Below are positions 37,866 to 47,046 of a DNA stretch of 64,000 nt, piece after piece. The stretch is taken from positions 258,364-322,363 of the forward strand of contig JAZAMN010000024.1 of the NCBI GenBank assembly GCA_036229005.1, in the 5' to 3' direction. Each line of letters starts with the position of its first letter. Position 1 is the stretch's first letter. Under the pieces are notes generated by a model, which ran no database searches, had not been told where the DNA came from, and saw nothing but the letters and a program-made list of their open reading frames with translations. The position numbers were made by a program, and so were the translations under genes. The DNA is from Myxococcota bacterium (GTDB lineage Bacteria > Myxococcota_A > UBA796 > CAJQPC01).

Positions 37866-39138
37866 GCGTGACCTCGTCGCAGGCCCCGGTGCCGACCAGG
37901 GTGAGCGGCGAGCCTGCGAGCTGGCGGGCGCACCCAGCGAGCGTGAGCGGTGCACCCCGGAGCTGGAGCGTGACCTGCACCCCCTCCTCCCAGGGCCCCT
38001 GGATCCGCAGGGCCGCGTCGTCGCCGGAGACGGAGAACCCGGGCGTCAGGACCAGCTCCGGTCCTTGAGTGGGGAGGAGAGGAAGGGGGGCGTGGCCGGG
38101 GGGATTCAGGACCACCTCTCCGGCCTGGACCCGCGCCAGCACAGAGTCATAGGCCTCGGCATAGTCGAGGTCACCGGTAGGCTGAGCGACCCCGTGGACG
38201 CCGGACCTGGCGGGCGGGAGCTCGGGCACGGGCAGGGCGCTGACCACGCGCAGGGCGCTCAGGAGCACGCAGCCGCCGACGCTCAGACCCAGGCTCAGGC
38301 GCTCGGCCCAGAGGGGCACGCGCTCGGCGTTCAGAGCCAGGTGGAAGCCGGCCAGCAGGGGCAGCCCCCAGAGCACCCGCTCCAGCTGACGGAGGGGGCC
38401 CAGCGCAGGGATCAGGGCCAGTGCGAGCAGGGCCGCGCCCCCCAGGAGCACCCCGCGCGTCGGGAGCCGGCGGGTGGCGAGCAAGGCGGGGAGCAGGGCG
38501 AGCAGGTTGCCCTCGGCGTGGCGGCCGAAGCTGGCGAAGGGGAGCAGGATGCCCAGGAGCTTGGGGCCGGGACCGGGGCTCCAGCGCGCGGCCTGGGAGG
38601 CGGTGTAGGCGGCGCGCTCGGTGCTGGGGAGGACCTCCAGGAGCTCGCGCCAGAGGCCCACGTGCAGGGCGATCGCGGGCAGGGGCGCCAGAGCGGCGGC
38701 GGCGAGCAGGCGGGTCGGCCGGGGGTGACGTCGCAGGCCCACGAGCAGGCCCCCCAGGACCACCGGGAGGCCGTAGACCGGCGCCTGCAGGTGGCTGGAG
38801 CTGAGCAGGGCGAGGCTCCCAAGACCCAGGAGTGCGGCCAGCTTTGGCAGGCTGTGTCGGGCGCTCTGGGCCAACAACCAGGCCAGCACCACGCACCAGG
38901 TCAGGCCCCCCCAGGGCAGGTGCCCGTCGATGACGTGCCGGGCCATCCACAGGCCCATCCACGCGCCCACCGCGCCCAGGGTCGCGCCGCGCTCGCTGGC
39001 CCCCTCCTGGCGCATCCACCGATGCAGCACCGCCCCGCCCAGGCTGAGCTGCAGCCAGAGCCAGCCCAGGCCGGCCAGCTTGGGGCCCAGCGCGAGGCTC
39101 GCGAACACCGCGGGCGACCAGGGGGGCTGCTCGGCCAT
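37828..39138 (-). CDS. Polytopic membrane protein, YfhO/GT-C-like; true start probably further upstream (frame open to ~39375)
   Basis: Many TM helices; the in-frame upstream segment encodes another TM and WSFLWGGGSAL. Confidence 0.55.
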   Translation of the reverse strand: MAEQPPWSPAVFASLALGPKLAGLGWLWLQLSLGGAVLHRWMRQEGASERGATLGAVGAWMGLWMARHVIDGHLPWGGLTWCVVLAWLLAQSARHSLPKLAALLGLGSLALLSSSHLQAPVYGLPVVLGGLLVGLRRHPRPTRLLAAAALAPLPAIALHVGLWRELLEVLPSTERAAYTASQAARWSPGPGPKLLGILLPFASFGRHAEGNLLALLPALLATRRLPTRGVLLGGAALLALALIPALGPLRQLERVLWGLPLLAGFHLALNAERVPLWAERLSLGLSVGGCVLLSALRVVSALPVPELPPARSGVHGVAQPTGDLDYAEAYDSVLARVQAGEVVLNPPGHAPLPLLPTQGPELVLTPGFSVSGDDAALRIQGPWEEGVQVTLQLRGAPLTLAGCARQLAGSPLTLVGTGACDEVTLRQPAPRPGSRR

Positions 39139-39358
39139 CGCGTTCAGGGCGCTGCCGCCGCCCCACAGAAAGCTCCACGTCGCCGGGCGGGCCTGCTCCC
39201 AGCCCTGGGCCTGCAGGTGGATCAGCGCCAGGTTGGGGTCCAGGTCGGCCTGCGGCGCGGTCAGGCCCAGGGGCAGGATGCAGAGCCCCCAGAGCAGCCC
39301 GAACAGCGCCAGGCTGCGCCAGGACTCGGCGGGGGTGGGGGACTCCGACGTGGCGGCC

Positions 39359-40156
39359 TCAGCGCTTGTCGAACACTACCGCGAGCTGGGTGCTCAGGGC
39401 CGCGAGCTGCCCGTCAGGCGCGTAGAGCTGGCCGGTGATGCTGTGGACCCCCGCCTGGGCGTGGTCGGTGTCGTAGTCCATGCGCCACCAGCCCGTCCCG
39501 GGGTCCTGGGGCAGGTGCAGGAACTGGAGGTTCCAGGTCACCGAGCTGGCGGGGATCGGGCGCTTGGCCAGTGCCAGGGTGGGCGCGGGCCATGCGTCGG
39601 CCAGCCCCACGATGTGCTGGGCGCTGTCGGGCACGGGGGCCTTGTGGCGGCACCAGCCCTTGAAGCGCGCGTCCTTGGACCCGGAGAAGGGGAACCCGCC
39701 GTCGGCCCAGCGGTACTCGTAGTGCTGAGTGAAGTTGGGGGTGACCCCGGGCAGGAAGGGCAGGGCCATGCAGGCCTCGGGCTCCTTGATGGGCGCCGGC
39801 GCGCTGGGCAGGACCACGATGTCGGAGTCTCTGTCCGCGCCGAAGGCCCCGGACGCGGTGAGCAGCACGCGGTCCCCCTGGAACAGGGTCGCCTGGGCCA
39901 GGGTCATGGAGCGGCCGGCGCGAAGGACCGTCGCCTGAGCGGTGATGGGGCCTTGGTCCAGAGGCGCCACGAACACCACCTGCAGCGCCCGGGTGGGGCG
40001 GTCCGGCGCGACCTTGGCCTGCATCGCCTTGAGCGCCTGCGCGGCCACCAGCCCTCCGTAGGCTGCGCGACCTTGGCGCCAGTCCTCCTGGATCTCGCCA
40101 AAGCTCTCGCCCTCGCTCAAGGGGGTGCTGGACAGGGCTTGCTGGAAGCTGGGCAT
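39359..40156 (-). CDS. TesB-like acyl-CoA thioesterase (double hot-dog)
   Basis: WRQGRAAYGG, LRAGRS, DAWP and SSVTW; AAAGGAG SD. Confidence 0.88.
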   Translation of the reverse strand: MPSFQQALSSTPLSEGESFGEIQEDWRQGRAAYGGLVAAQALKAMQAKVAPDRPTRALQVVFVAPLDQGPITAQATVLRAGRSMTLAQATLFQGDRVLLTASGAFGADRDSDIVVLPSAPAPIKEPEACMALPFLPGVTPNFTQHYEYRWADGGFPFSGSKDARFKGWCRHKAPVPDSAQHIVGLADAWPAPTLALAKRPIPASSVTWNLQFLHLPQDPGTGWWRMDYDTDHAQAGVHSITGQLYAPDGQLAALSTQLAVVFDKR

Positions 40157-40279
40157 GGGGGCTCCTTTGGGGAGCGCCTCTATCGCGCCCGGGCGGCCCA
40201 AGCGAACGACCGTTCGGGAAACTGCGGACCCGCCCTCCGCCGGCTTCCCTGGGGCCTTGGGCCGTGCGAGGATGCCCCC

Positions 40280-41134
40280 ATGCGCATCCTGGACGGTCCC
40301 ATCGGCACCCAGCTCATCGCGCGGGGGATCCCGGCGCCCCCGCCGCTGTGGAGCGCCACCGCCCTGCAGACCGCCCCCCAGGCCGTGGGAGCCTTGCACC
40401 GGGAGTACGCCCAGGCCGGCGCCTGCCTGCACACCACCAACACCTTCCGCACCCAGCCGCGGCACACCCAGAACTGGGAGGTGCTGGCCCGAAAGGCGGT
40501 CCACCTGGCGCGGCAGGCGGGCGGCCGGGTGGTCGGGAGCCTCGCGCCCCTGGAGGACTGCTATCGCCCGGACCTCAGCCCCCCGGAGCCATTCCCCGAG
40601 CACCTGCAGCTCGCCCGGGTCCTGGTGGAGGAGGGCGTGGATCTGCTGCTCTGCGAGACCTTCGCCAACCCCCTGGAGCTGGTGGAGGCCGTGCACGCCG
40701 CAAGGACCGCTGGCGCCAGCGAGGTGTGGGCCAGCCTGACCCCCGGCTATCGCTGCGAGCTGCTCACCCCGGCGGAGCTCGCGGCGGGGGCCCAGGCTGC
40801 GATCGACGCCGGCGCGGATCTGGTGCTCGCCAACTGCATGCCGGCCCTGCGGGCGCTGCCCTACGCCCAGGCCCTGGCCGCGCTGGACCACCCCTTTGGG
40901 ATCTACGCCAACGCCGGGGACCCCCTGGACCAGCTCGGCTGGGAGCTCCCCAGCCCCGACGCCGCCGAGCGCTACGCCGATCTGGCCGAGCGCTGGGCGG
41001 CGCTGGGGGCCCAGGTCATCGGGGGCTGCTGCGGGACCGGGCCAGAGCACATCCGCGCGCTCCACGAGCGCCTGCTGCCTCAGTCCAGCCGCTCCATCAC
41101 CCAGGCCATCGACTCCGAGCGCGCCAGCTCCTGA
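40280..41134 (+). CDS. Homocysteine S-methyltransferase family protein
   Basis: ILDGPIGT, TNTF, CET, ANC, YANAG and IGGCCGTGPEHI. Confidence 0.9.
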   Translation: MRILDGPIGTQLIARGIPAPPPLWSATALQTAPQAVGALHREYAQAGACLHTTNTFRTQPRHTQNWEVLARKAVHLARQAGGRVVGSLAPLEDCYRPDLSPPEPFPEHLQLARVLVEEGVDLLLCETFANPLELVEAVHAARTAGASEVWASLTPGYRCELLTPAELAAGAQAAIDAGADLVLANCMPALRALPYAQALAALDHPFGIYANAGDPLDQLGWELPSPDAAERYADLAERWAALGAQVIGGCCGTGPEHIRALHERLLPQSSRSITQAIDSERASS

Positions 41135-42387
41135 CTGCCCAGGAAGCCGTAGGCCGTGGTGGTGTGCGTGCCGCCCTCGACCTCGAAGAGCTCCACCTGC
41201 ACGCCGCCCGCGCGCAGGTCCGTGACCAGCTCCCGCGTGCCCGAGAGGGGGATGACCGCGTCCAGGGTGCCCTGGAAGATCGCCAGGTCCGCGGTCTGGG
41301 TCTCGCCCTCCGCCAGCCAGGGGCGGATGCGGTTGTCCTCGAATCCCTGGTGGATGTGCGCGAACTGCGACCAGCTCCCGCTGCTGTACTCGCTCAGGTA
41401 GGCCGCCGAGAACACTTGCGTCGAGACCACCGGGAAGCCGTCGGTCAGCAGCGGCGCGCTCCCAAAGTCGGGGTTCCACAGGCAGCGCCCCTCCATCCGG
41501 GCGTCCACGATGTCGGCCACCGCGCTGCCCCAGATCGCCGCGTCGTCCACCCCCGCCCCCTGGGAGAAGGACCAGGCCAGCAGGGCGTGGTAGACCATGT
41601 GGCCGCCGTTCACGGCGACCCCCGAGCGCCAGTGCTCCTCGTAGAGGCTCGCCGGCCCCGAGGCCGCGAAGGCCCGGATGTCCAGCTCCGGCGCGTAGTC
41701 CGCGTGGATCGCCGCCGCCGACAGGGTGGCGTGTCCGCCCTGGGAGAGCCCCACCATCGCGTAGCGGTCGCTGGTCGGCACCTCCTGCCAGTGGGCGAGC
41801 TGGGCGGCCGCCCGCAGGGCATCCAGGGCGCTGGTCGCCTCCTCTCGGGCGTTCAGGTACAAGTGCGGCGCCGAGGTCCCCAGGCCCGGGTAGTCCGGCG
41901 CGACCCCGATGCTCCCGTAGGCGCCAAAGAGGGCCGCCAACGCCAGACCTCCCTCGGTGCCCGAGAGCGCGCAGAGGTCCGAGACGCCGATGGTCCCGTG
42001 GTTGTTGGCCACGATGGGGAAGCCCGCCGCGGGCGCCGCTTCGCGCAGATCCTGGGGCAGGGTCACGGTCGCCAGTGCCTCGCCGGCCTCCGTCAGGTAG
42101 GCGATGGTCCAGGCCTGGTAGCCGTTGTCCAAGGTGGTCCCAGGAGCGAGGACGGCTTCGATCTGCTCCCTCGTGAAGGAGCCCACCACCTCCGCACTCC
42201 GGAGGCACCCCAGCTCTGTGCACTCTGCGTCCGGCCCGAGGTCAGGCTGGCCCGTGTCCACCGGAGAGTCGACGGGCGAGTCTCCTGGAGAGTCCGCCGG
42301 GCTGTCAGGAGGTGAGTCCGCGGGGCTGTCGCTGCGGGTGTCGGTCGCGCCCAGTCGGCAGGCCAGGGCCAGCATCCACAGGGGCAT
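41080..42387 (-). CDS. Secreted lipase-like alpha/beta hydrolase lipoprotein
   Basis: ALAC lipobox; HGTIG, PDYPGLG, GLSQGG, QGTLD and terminal H. Confidence 0.85.
   Translation of the reverse strand: MPLWMLALACRLGATDTRSDSPADSPPDSPADSPGDSPVDSPVDTGQPDLGPDAECTELGCLRSAEVVGSFTREQIEAVLAPGTTLDNGYQAWTIAYLTEAGEALATVTLPQDLREAAPAAGFPIVANNHGTIGVSDLCALSGTEGGLALAALFGAYGSIGVAPDYPGLGTSAPHLYLNAREEATSALDALRAAAQLAHWQEVPTSDRYAMVGLSQGGHATLSAAAIHADYAPELDIRAFAASGPASLYEEHWRSGVAVNGGHMVYHALLAWSFSQGAGVDDAAIWGSAVADIVDARMEGRCLWNPDFGSAPLLTDGFPVVSTQVFSAAYLSEYSSGSWSQFAHIHQGFEDNRIRPWLAEGETQTADLAIFQGTLDAVIPLSGTRELVTDLRAGGVQVELFEVEGGTHTTTAYGFLGSQELARSESMAWVMERLD
42253..42330 (-). repeat. (DSPx)6 tandem peptide repeat in the lipase linker
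   Basis: DSPA DSPP DSPA DSPG DSPV DSPV DT. Confidence 0.85.
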
Positions 42388-42388
42388 C

Positions 42389-42925
42389 TCAGAGCTCCGG
42401 CAGGGTGGTGAGGTTCTCCCAGGGGGTGATCCCGACCACGGCGATGTAGATCGCGGTGCCGATCAGCGCGCCCGCGGTGGTCCCGGCCAGCGCGCCTACC
42501 CCCGCATACAGCCCGCGGCGCTTGCGCACCTGCAGGTTGTAGGCGACCTCGTAGCCAACCATGTAGTCGGGCCCTTGCTGCAGCTCGAGCTCCTCCAGGC
42601 GCTGGGCGTCCACGCTGGGCTGGCGGGCGAAGGCCACGGCGGGGGGCGCGAGCACGGCGGTGGGGAGCAGGCAGGCGGGCCCCACGCAGGGGGTGATGCA
42701 GCCGGACAGGCCCAGGCAGGCGCCGGCGCCGGCCCCCAGGACCATGGGCCTCAGCATCGGGGTGTCCAGGCGGGCGTCGATGGCTGCGTCCGCGGCGCCG
42801 CGCTGGGCCTCGGCCTGGATGTCGCTCTGGCGCTTGGGGGCGCGCTGCTCAGCGGGCGCGGGCTCCCCTGGGGGCGGTGTCTCCTGGCCCCAGGCGGCGG
42901 TCAGGAGCAGCAGCCCCAGGTGCAT
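42389..42925 (-). CDS. Hypothetical exported/membrane protein with Gly-zipper helices
   Basis: Signal peptide; similar to the C-terminal half of the upstream gene; TGATG overlap. Confidence 0.7.
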   Translation of the reverse strand: MHLGLLLLTAAWGQETPPPGEPAPAEQRAPKRQSDIQAEAQRGAADAAIDARLDTPMLRPMVLGAGAGACLGLSGCITPCVGPACLLPTAVLAPPAVAFARQPSVDAQRLEELELQQGPDYMVGYEVAYNLQVRKRRGLYAGVGALAGTTAGALIGTAIYIAVVGITPWENLTTLPEL

Positions 42926-43722
42926 CAGTTGGTCGGGTTGGGGAGGGTGGAGGTCCCGACCGCGTTCCACACCACCAGCGCGGTGGTGCCGCCGATGGCG
43001 ACGCCCGCGGCCGCTCCGACGCCGCTCCAGATCATCCGGCGCTTCTTGAGCTCCGAGGCGTAGGCCTGGTTGTAGGCGTGGATGTAGGTGTCCGAGCCGT
43101 CGACCATCTGGTGTTCGGGGGGCAGGGCCGCGTAGAGCACGGTGGTGCCCGCCGCGCCCAGGCAGGGGAACCAGCAGCAGCTTGTGCCGACGAAGCCGGC
43201 GCCCACGCCACACCCCAGGCCCGCGGCCGTGGGCAGCACCATGCTCTCCTGCTGCGCGGCGCTGCGGCCGTCGACCTCGCCGTTGACGGCGTCCTGGGCT
43301 TGGGAGGGGGCGTCCTCCTTGACCGCGGGGCTGGGGGGCTCCGCAGGCGCCGGAGTGGGCTCGGGGGGAGCCTGCTCCGCGGGGCGCCGCTCGGAGCTGC
43401 CCACGGTGACCTCGTCTGCGCCGGGATCTTCATCGGTGGACGAGCCACCAGGGCGCCGGTCGGTGGACCCCACAGCGAGGCTCTTGGCCGTCGCCACCTC
43501 GGCCTTCCCCACCGTGACCACGCTGCCGTCGGCCCGCTCGATGCGGATGGTGTCGCCGTCGGCGTCCAGCAGGGTGCCGCGGATCTCCTTGCCCTGGGGG
43601 TTGGTCAGCAGCACGGGCTGGCCCTCGAGCTGGGCCCAGGTGTCCTCACTCACCTCGGCCATCGCCACCGGGGAGACCATCAGCGCTGCGGCAAACATCA
43701 GGGGAGCAAGGATCTTTCGCAC
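42925..43722 (-). CDS. Hypothetical exported protein: Sm-like domain, Pro/Glu linker, Gly-zipper helices
   Basis: GGAGG SD plus GTG; AMA signal; LEGQPVLL...GKEIRGTLLDAD. Confidence 0.7.
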   Translation of the reverse strand: MRKILAPLMFAAALMVSPVAMAEVSEDTWAQLEGQPVLLTNPQGKEIRGTLLDADGDTIRIERADGSVVTVGKAEVATAKSLAVGSTDRRPGGSSTDEDPGADEVTVGSSERRPAEQAPPEPTPAPAEPPSPAVKEDAPSQAQDAVNGEVDGRSAAQQESMVLPTAAGLGCGVGAGFVGTSCCWFPCLGAAGTTVLYAALPPEHQMVDGSDTYIHAYNQAYASELKKRRMIWSGVGAAAGVAIGGTTALVVWNAVGTSTLPNPTN

Positions 43723-43790
43723 GGGTCCTCCACGGCTCAACGGTAGCCCGGCGTGCGGGCACTGTCAGCGCGTGCGCCCCCAAGAGGGGC

Positions 43791-44114
43791 TCAGTCCAGC
43801 TCCAGGCTTACGGAGATCTGAAGCTTGTCGGTGAACAGCTTGGACAGCAGCGGGAGCATGGGCTCCTGGCTGTCGCGCTCCACCCACTGGTCGTCGACGA
43901 TCTTGAAGTGCCACGCCGTGGCGTTCGCGCTGAGCCAGAGCTCCTGGACGGGCACCTGCTGGCTGAGGACGAAGGTGCCGCCCTCCTCGAAGTCCACCTT
44001 GAGCACACCAGCGGACAGGCGGGGGTCGATGTCATCGGTCTCCAGGAGATCGATCTGGTCGAAGAGCTGGTCCAGGACCTCGCTCACCAGCCTGCGGAAC
44101 TCTGCTTCGGTCAT
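43791..44114 (-). CDS. cyaY: Iron donor protein CyaY (frataxin)
   Basis: MTEAEF...GVLKVDF...SQQVPVQELWLS...WHF. Confidence 0.88.
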   Translation of the reverse strand: MTEAEFRRLVSEVLDQLFDQIDLLETDDIDPRLSAGVLKVDFEEGGTFVLSQQVPVQELWLSANATAWHFKIVDDQWVERDSQEPMLPLLSKLFTDKLQISVSLELD

Positions 44115-44187
44115 GTGACCTCCAGTTAGGGGCGCGGTCCCCGATAGGACAACGGGTTAGCCAGTGTTGCCCTTAGGAGCGAATGAC

Positions 44188-46986
44188 GTGTCCCTGGAGT
44201 CCCTGCTCACCGGCGAGAACGCCCCTTACATCGACGCCCTCTACCAGTCCTGGCTTCAGGACCCCGGCAGCGTGGACCCCGAGTGGGCCACCCTGTTCGA
44301 GGCTGAGGAGCGCCCTGCTGGGCCCAGCGCTCGCCCGAATTTCGCCAGCCCGTCCATCTTTTCTGGGGGCCTGGCGTCCCCGGGTGCAGGGGGCGCGGTG
44401 GATCACGCTGCGGCCGACCTGCAGGCCAAGGTCGCGCAGCTCATCAACAGCTACCGCGTGCGCGGCCACGTGGTCGCGGACATCGACCCCCTGGGGCGCT
44501 TGAACCGCGAGGAGCACCCCGAGCTCTCGCTGCGCTACTACGGCCTGACCGAGGCGGACCTCGACAAGACCGTGGCCACCGCGCCGCTCTACGGGATCGC
44601 CCCCCACGCCACCGTGCGGGAGATCGTCGATCACTGCCGGCAGGCCTACTGCTCGAGCTTCGGCGTCGAGTACATGAACATCCCCCACCTGGAGCAGAAG
44701 CTCTGGCTGGCCCAGCGTCTGGAGACCCTGCGGCACGACCAGATCCTGGACGCCGAGGGGCAGGAGCGGGTGCTCACCAAGCTCTCGGAGGCTGAGGCCT
44801 TCGAGAACATGCTCCACACCAAGTTCCCCGGCACCAAGCGCTTCTCGCTGGAGGGCGGCGAGACCCTGATCCCGCTGATGGACAACCTGGTCGAGTACGC
44901 CGCCGAGCTGGGCATGCGCGAGGTCATCGTCGGCATGGCCCACCGCGGCCGCCTGAACACCCTGGTCAACATCTTCGGCAAGCCCCCCGCCATGGTCGTG
45001 CAGGAGTTCCAGGGCAAGGACGACAAGGGCGGCTTCGAGGGCTCCGGCGACGTCAAGTACCACCTGGGCTACAGCACCGACCGCACCCTGTCCGGTGGCA
45101 AGTCCATCCACCTGAACATGGCCTTCAACCCCAGCCACCTGGAGATCGTGAACCCGGTGGTCGTCGGGCGCGTGCGGGCCAAGCAGGATCGCCACCGCTA
45201 CGACAACGGCGACGATCCCCAGGCCGTCAAGCTCTGCATGGGCCTGCTGCTCCACGGCGACGCCGCATTCGCGGGCCAGGGTGTCGTGGCCGAGACCCTG
45301 AACCTGTCGGACCTGTCCGGCTACCGCACCGGCGGCACCGTCCACGTGGTCGTGAACAACCAGATCGGCTTCACCACCTCCCCCAAGGACGCGCGCTCCA
45401 CCCCCTACGCGACCGACGTCGCGCGCATGCTGGGTGTGCCCATCTTCCACGTCAACGGCGAGGACCCCGAGGCCGTCGCCGCGGTCACCAAGATCGCGGT
45501 CGAGTGGCGTCAGCGCTACCACCGCGACGTCGTGATCGACATGCTGTGCTTCCGCAAGTACGGCCACAACGAGGGCGACGAGCCCAGCTTCACCCAGCCC
45601 CTGGAGTACAAGGACATCAAGGCCCACGCCACCGCGCGTCAGGCCTACGCCCGCAAGCTCGTGGCCACCGGCAAGATGACCCAGGCCCGCGCGGACGAGA
45701 TCCACAACCTGGCCAAGGAGCGGATGAACGACGAGTCCACCGAGGGCGCGCAGGACTCCTACACCGGCAACGTCAACTCCAAGATGGGCCAGCTCTGGAA
45801 GGAGTACAAGCAGCCGGACGCCCCCGAGCCCGACACCGGCTACCCGCTGGAGCAGCTCCGCGAGCTGCTGGTCAAGGCCAACACCCTGCCCGACGACTTC
45901 AACGCCCACCGCAAGGTCCAGCGCCTGCTGAGCGAGCGCATGAAGGTCATCGACGGCGAGCGCCCCATGAACTGGGACATCGGTGAGCAGGCCGCCTACG
46001 CGACCCTGTGCGCCGAGGGAATCCGCGTGCGCCTCTCCGGCCAGGACTCCGGCCGCGGCACCTTCTCGCACCGCCACGCCAACATCACCGACGTGAAGAC
46101 CGGCGAGTCCTACTTCCCCCTGGACCACGTCAAGGCCGGCCAGGCCCGCTTCCAGGTCATGGACTCCCTGCTCTCCGAGGCCGCCGTGCTCGGCTTCGAG
46201 TTCGGCTACAGCCTGGACTACCCCGACGCGCTGGTCCTGTGGGAGGCTCAGTTCGGCGACTTCGCCAACGGCGCCCAGGTCGTGGTCGACCAGTTCATCG
46301 CCGCCACCGAGCAGAAGTGGAACCGCTGCACCGGCGTCGTCATGCTCCTGCCCCACGGCTTCGAGCACCAGGGCCCCGAGCACAGCTCCGCCCGCATCGA
46401 GCGCTACATGCTGCTCGTGGCCGAAGACAACATGACCTTGGCCAACTGCACCACGCCGGCCAACTTCTTCCACCTGCTGCGCCGCCAGGCCCTCCGGAAG
46501 ATCCGCAAGCCCCTGGTGGTCTTCACCCCCAAGCAGGGCCTCCGTCACCCCCTGGCCGTCTCCAGCCTGGAGGAGCTCTCCTCGGGCGCCTTCCAGCCCC
46601 TCATCCCCGAGCAGGACAAGCTGGCCTCCAAGGTGCGCCGCCTCATCCTCTGCTCCGGCAAGGTCTACTTCGACCTGCTGGAGGCCCGGCGGGAGAAGGG
46701 CATCGACGACATCGCCATCGTGCGCGTGGAGGAGCTCTACCCCTTCCCCGACGCCCTGCTGCAGGCCGAGTACGCCCGCTACCCGGACGCCGAGGTCTGC
46801 TGGGTCCAGGAGGAGCCCCGGAACATGGGCGCCTGGCCGGTCTACTGCGACTGGCTGCGCGAGCAGCTCCCCACCGACCGTCAGCCCCGCTACATCGGCC
46901 GGCCTCCTGCCGCGTCGCCCGCGCCCGGCTACAAGAAGATCAGTCAGGCCGCCGAGCTTCGCTTCCTCACCGAAGCCCTCGCCTAG
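44188..46986 (+). CDS. sucA: 2-oxoglutarate dehydrogenase E1
   Basis: KRFSLEG, GMAHRGRLN, GDVKYH, HGDAAFAGQG, NNQIGFTT, WEAQFGDF and GPEHSS. Confidence 0.97.
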   Translation: MSLESLLTGENAPYIDALYQSWLQDPGSVDPEWATLFEAEERPAGPSARPNFASPSIFSGGLASPGAGGAVDHAAADLQAKVAQLINSYRVRGHVVADIDPLGRLNREEHPELSLRYYGLTEADLDKTVATAPLYGIAPHATVREIVDHCRQAYCSSFGVEYMNIPHLEQKLWLAQRLETLRHDQILDAEGQERVLTKLSEAEAFENMLHTKFPGTKRFSLEGGETLIPLMDNLVEYAAELGMREVIVGMAHRGRLNTLVNIFGKPPAMVVQEFQGKDDKGGFEGSGDVKYHLGYSTDRTLSGGKSIHLNMAFNPSHLEIVNPVVVGRVRAKQDRHRYDNGDDPQAVKLCMGLLLHGDAAFAGQGVVAETLNLSDLSGYRTGGTVHVVVNNQIGFTTSPKDARSTPYATDVARMLGVPIFHVNGEDPEAVAAVTKIAVEWRQRYHRDVVIDMLCFRKYGHNEGDEPSFTQPLEYKDIKAHATARQAYARKLVATGKMTQARADEIHNLAKERMNDESTEGAQDSYTGNVNSKMGQLWKEYKQPDAPEPDTGYPLEQLRELLVKANTLPDDFNAHRKVQRLLSERMKVIDGERPMNWDIGEQAAYATLCAEGIRVRLSGQDSGRGTFSHRHANITDVKTGESYFPLDHVKAGQARFQVMDSLLSEAAVLGFEFGYSLDYPDALVLWEAQFGDFANGAQVVVDQFIAATEQKWNRCTGVVMLLPHGFEHQGPEHSSARIERYMLLVAEDNMTLANCTTPANFFHLLRRQALRKIRKPLVVFTPKQGLRHPLAVSSLEELSSGAFQPLIPEQDKLASKVRRLILCSGKVYFDLLEARREKGIDDIAIVRVEELYPFPDALLQAEYARYPDAEVCWVQEEPRNMGAWPVYCDWLREQLPTDRQPRYIGRPPAASPAPGYKKISQAAELRFLTEALA

Positions 46987-47046
46987 AGCCAACTCCCGAT
47001 AGAATCGGCGCCACGCCCCCCACCCAAAACCACGGGTTTTCACTTC

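Noticed and set aside
41080..41134. Convergent 3' gene overlaps (also 22159-22187, 34618-34630, 37828-37865)
   Set aside because: Common in compact high-GC genomes; no sign of special function
40157..42223. Apparent long N-terminus on the thioesterase ORF, and on the 38930 ORF of the homocysteine methyltransferase
   Set aside because: These overlap other real genes; the family motifs begin at 40156 and 40280
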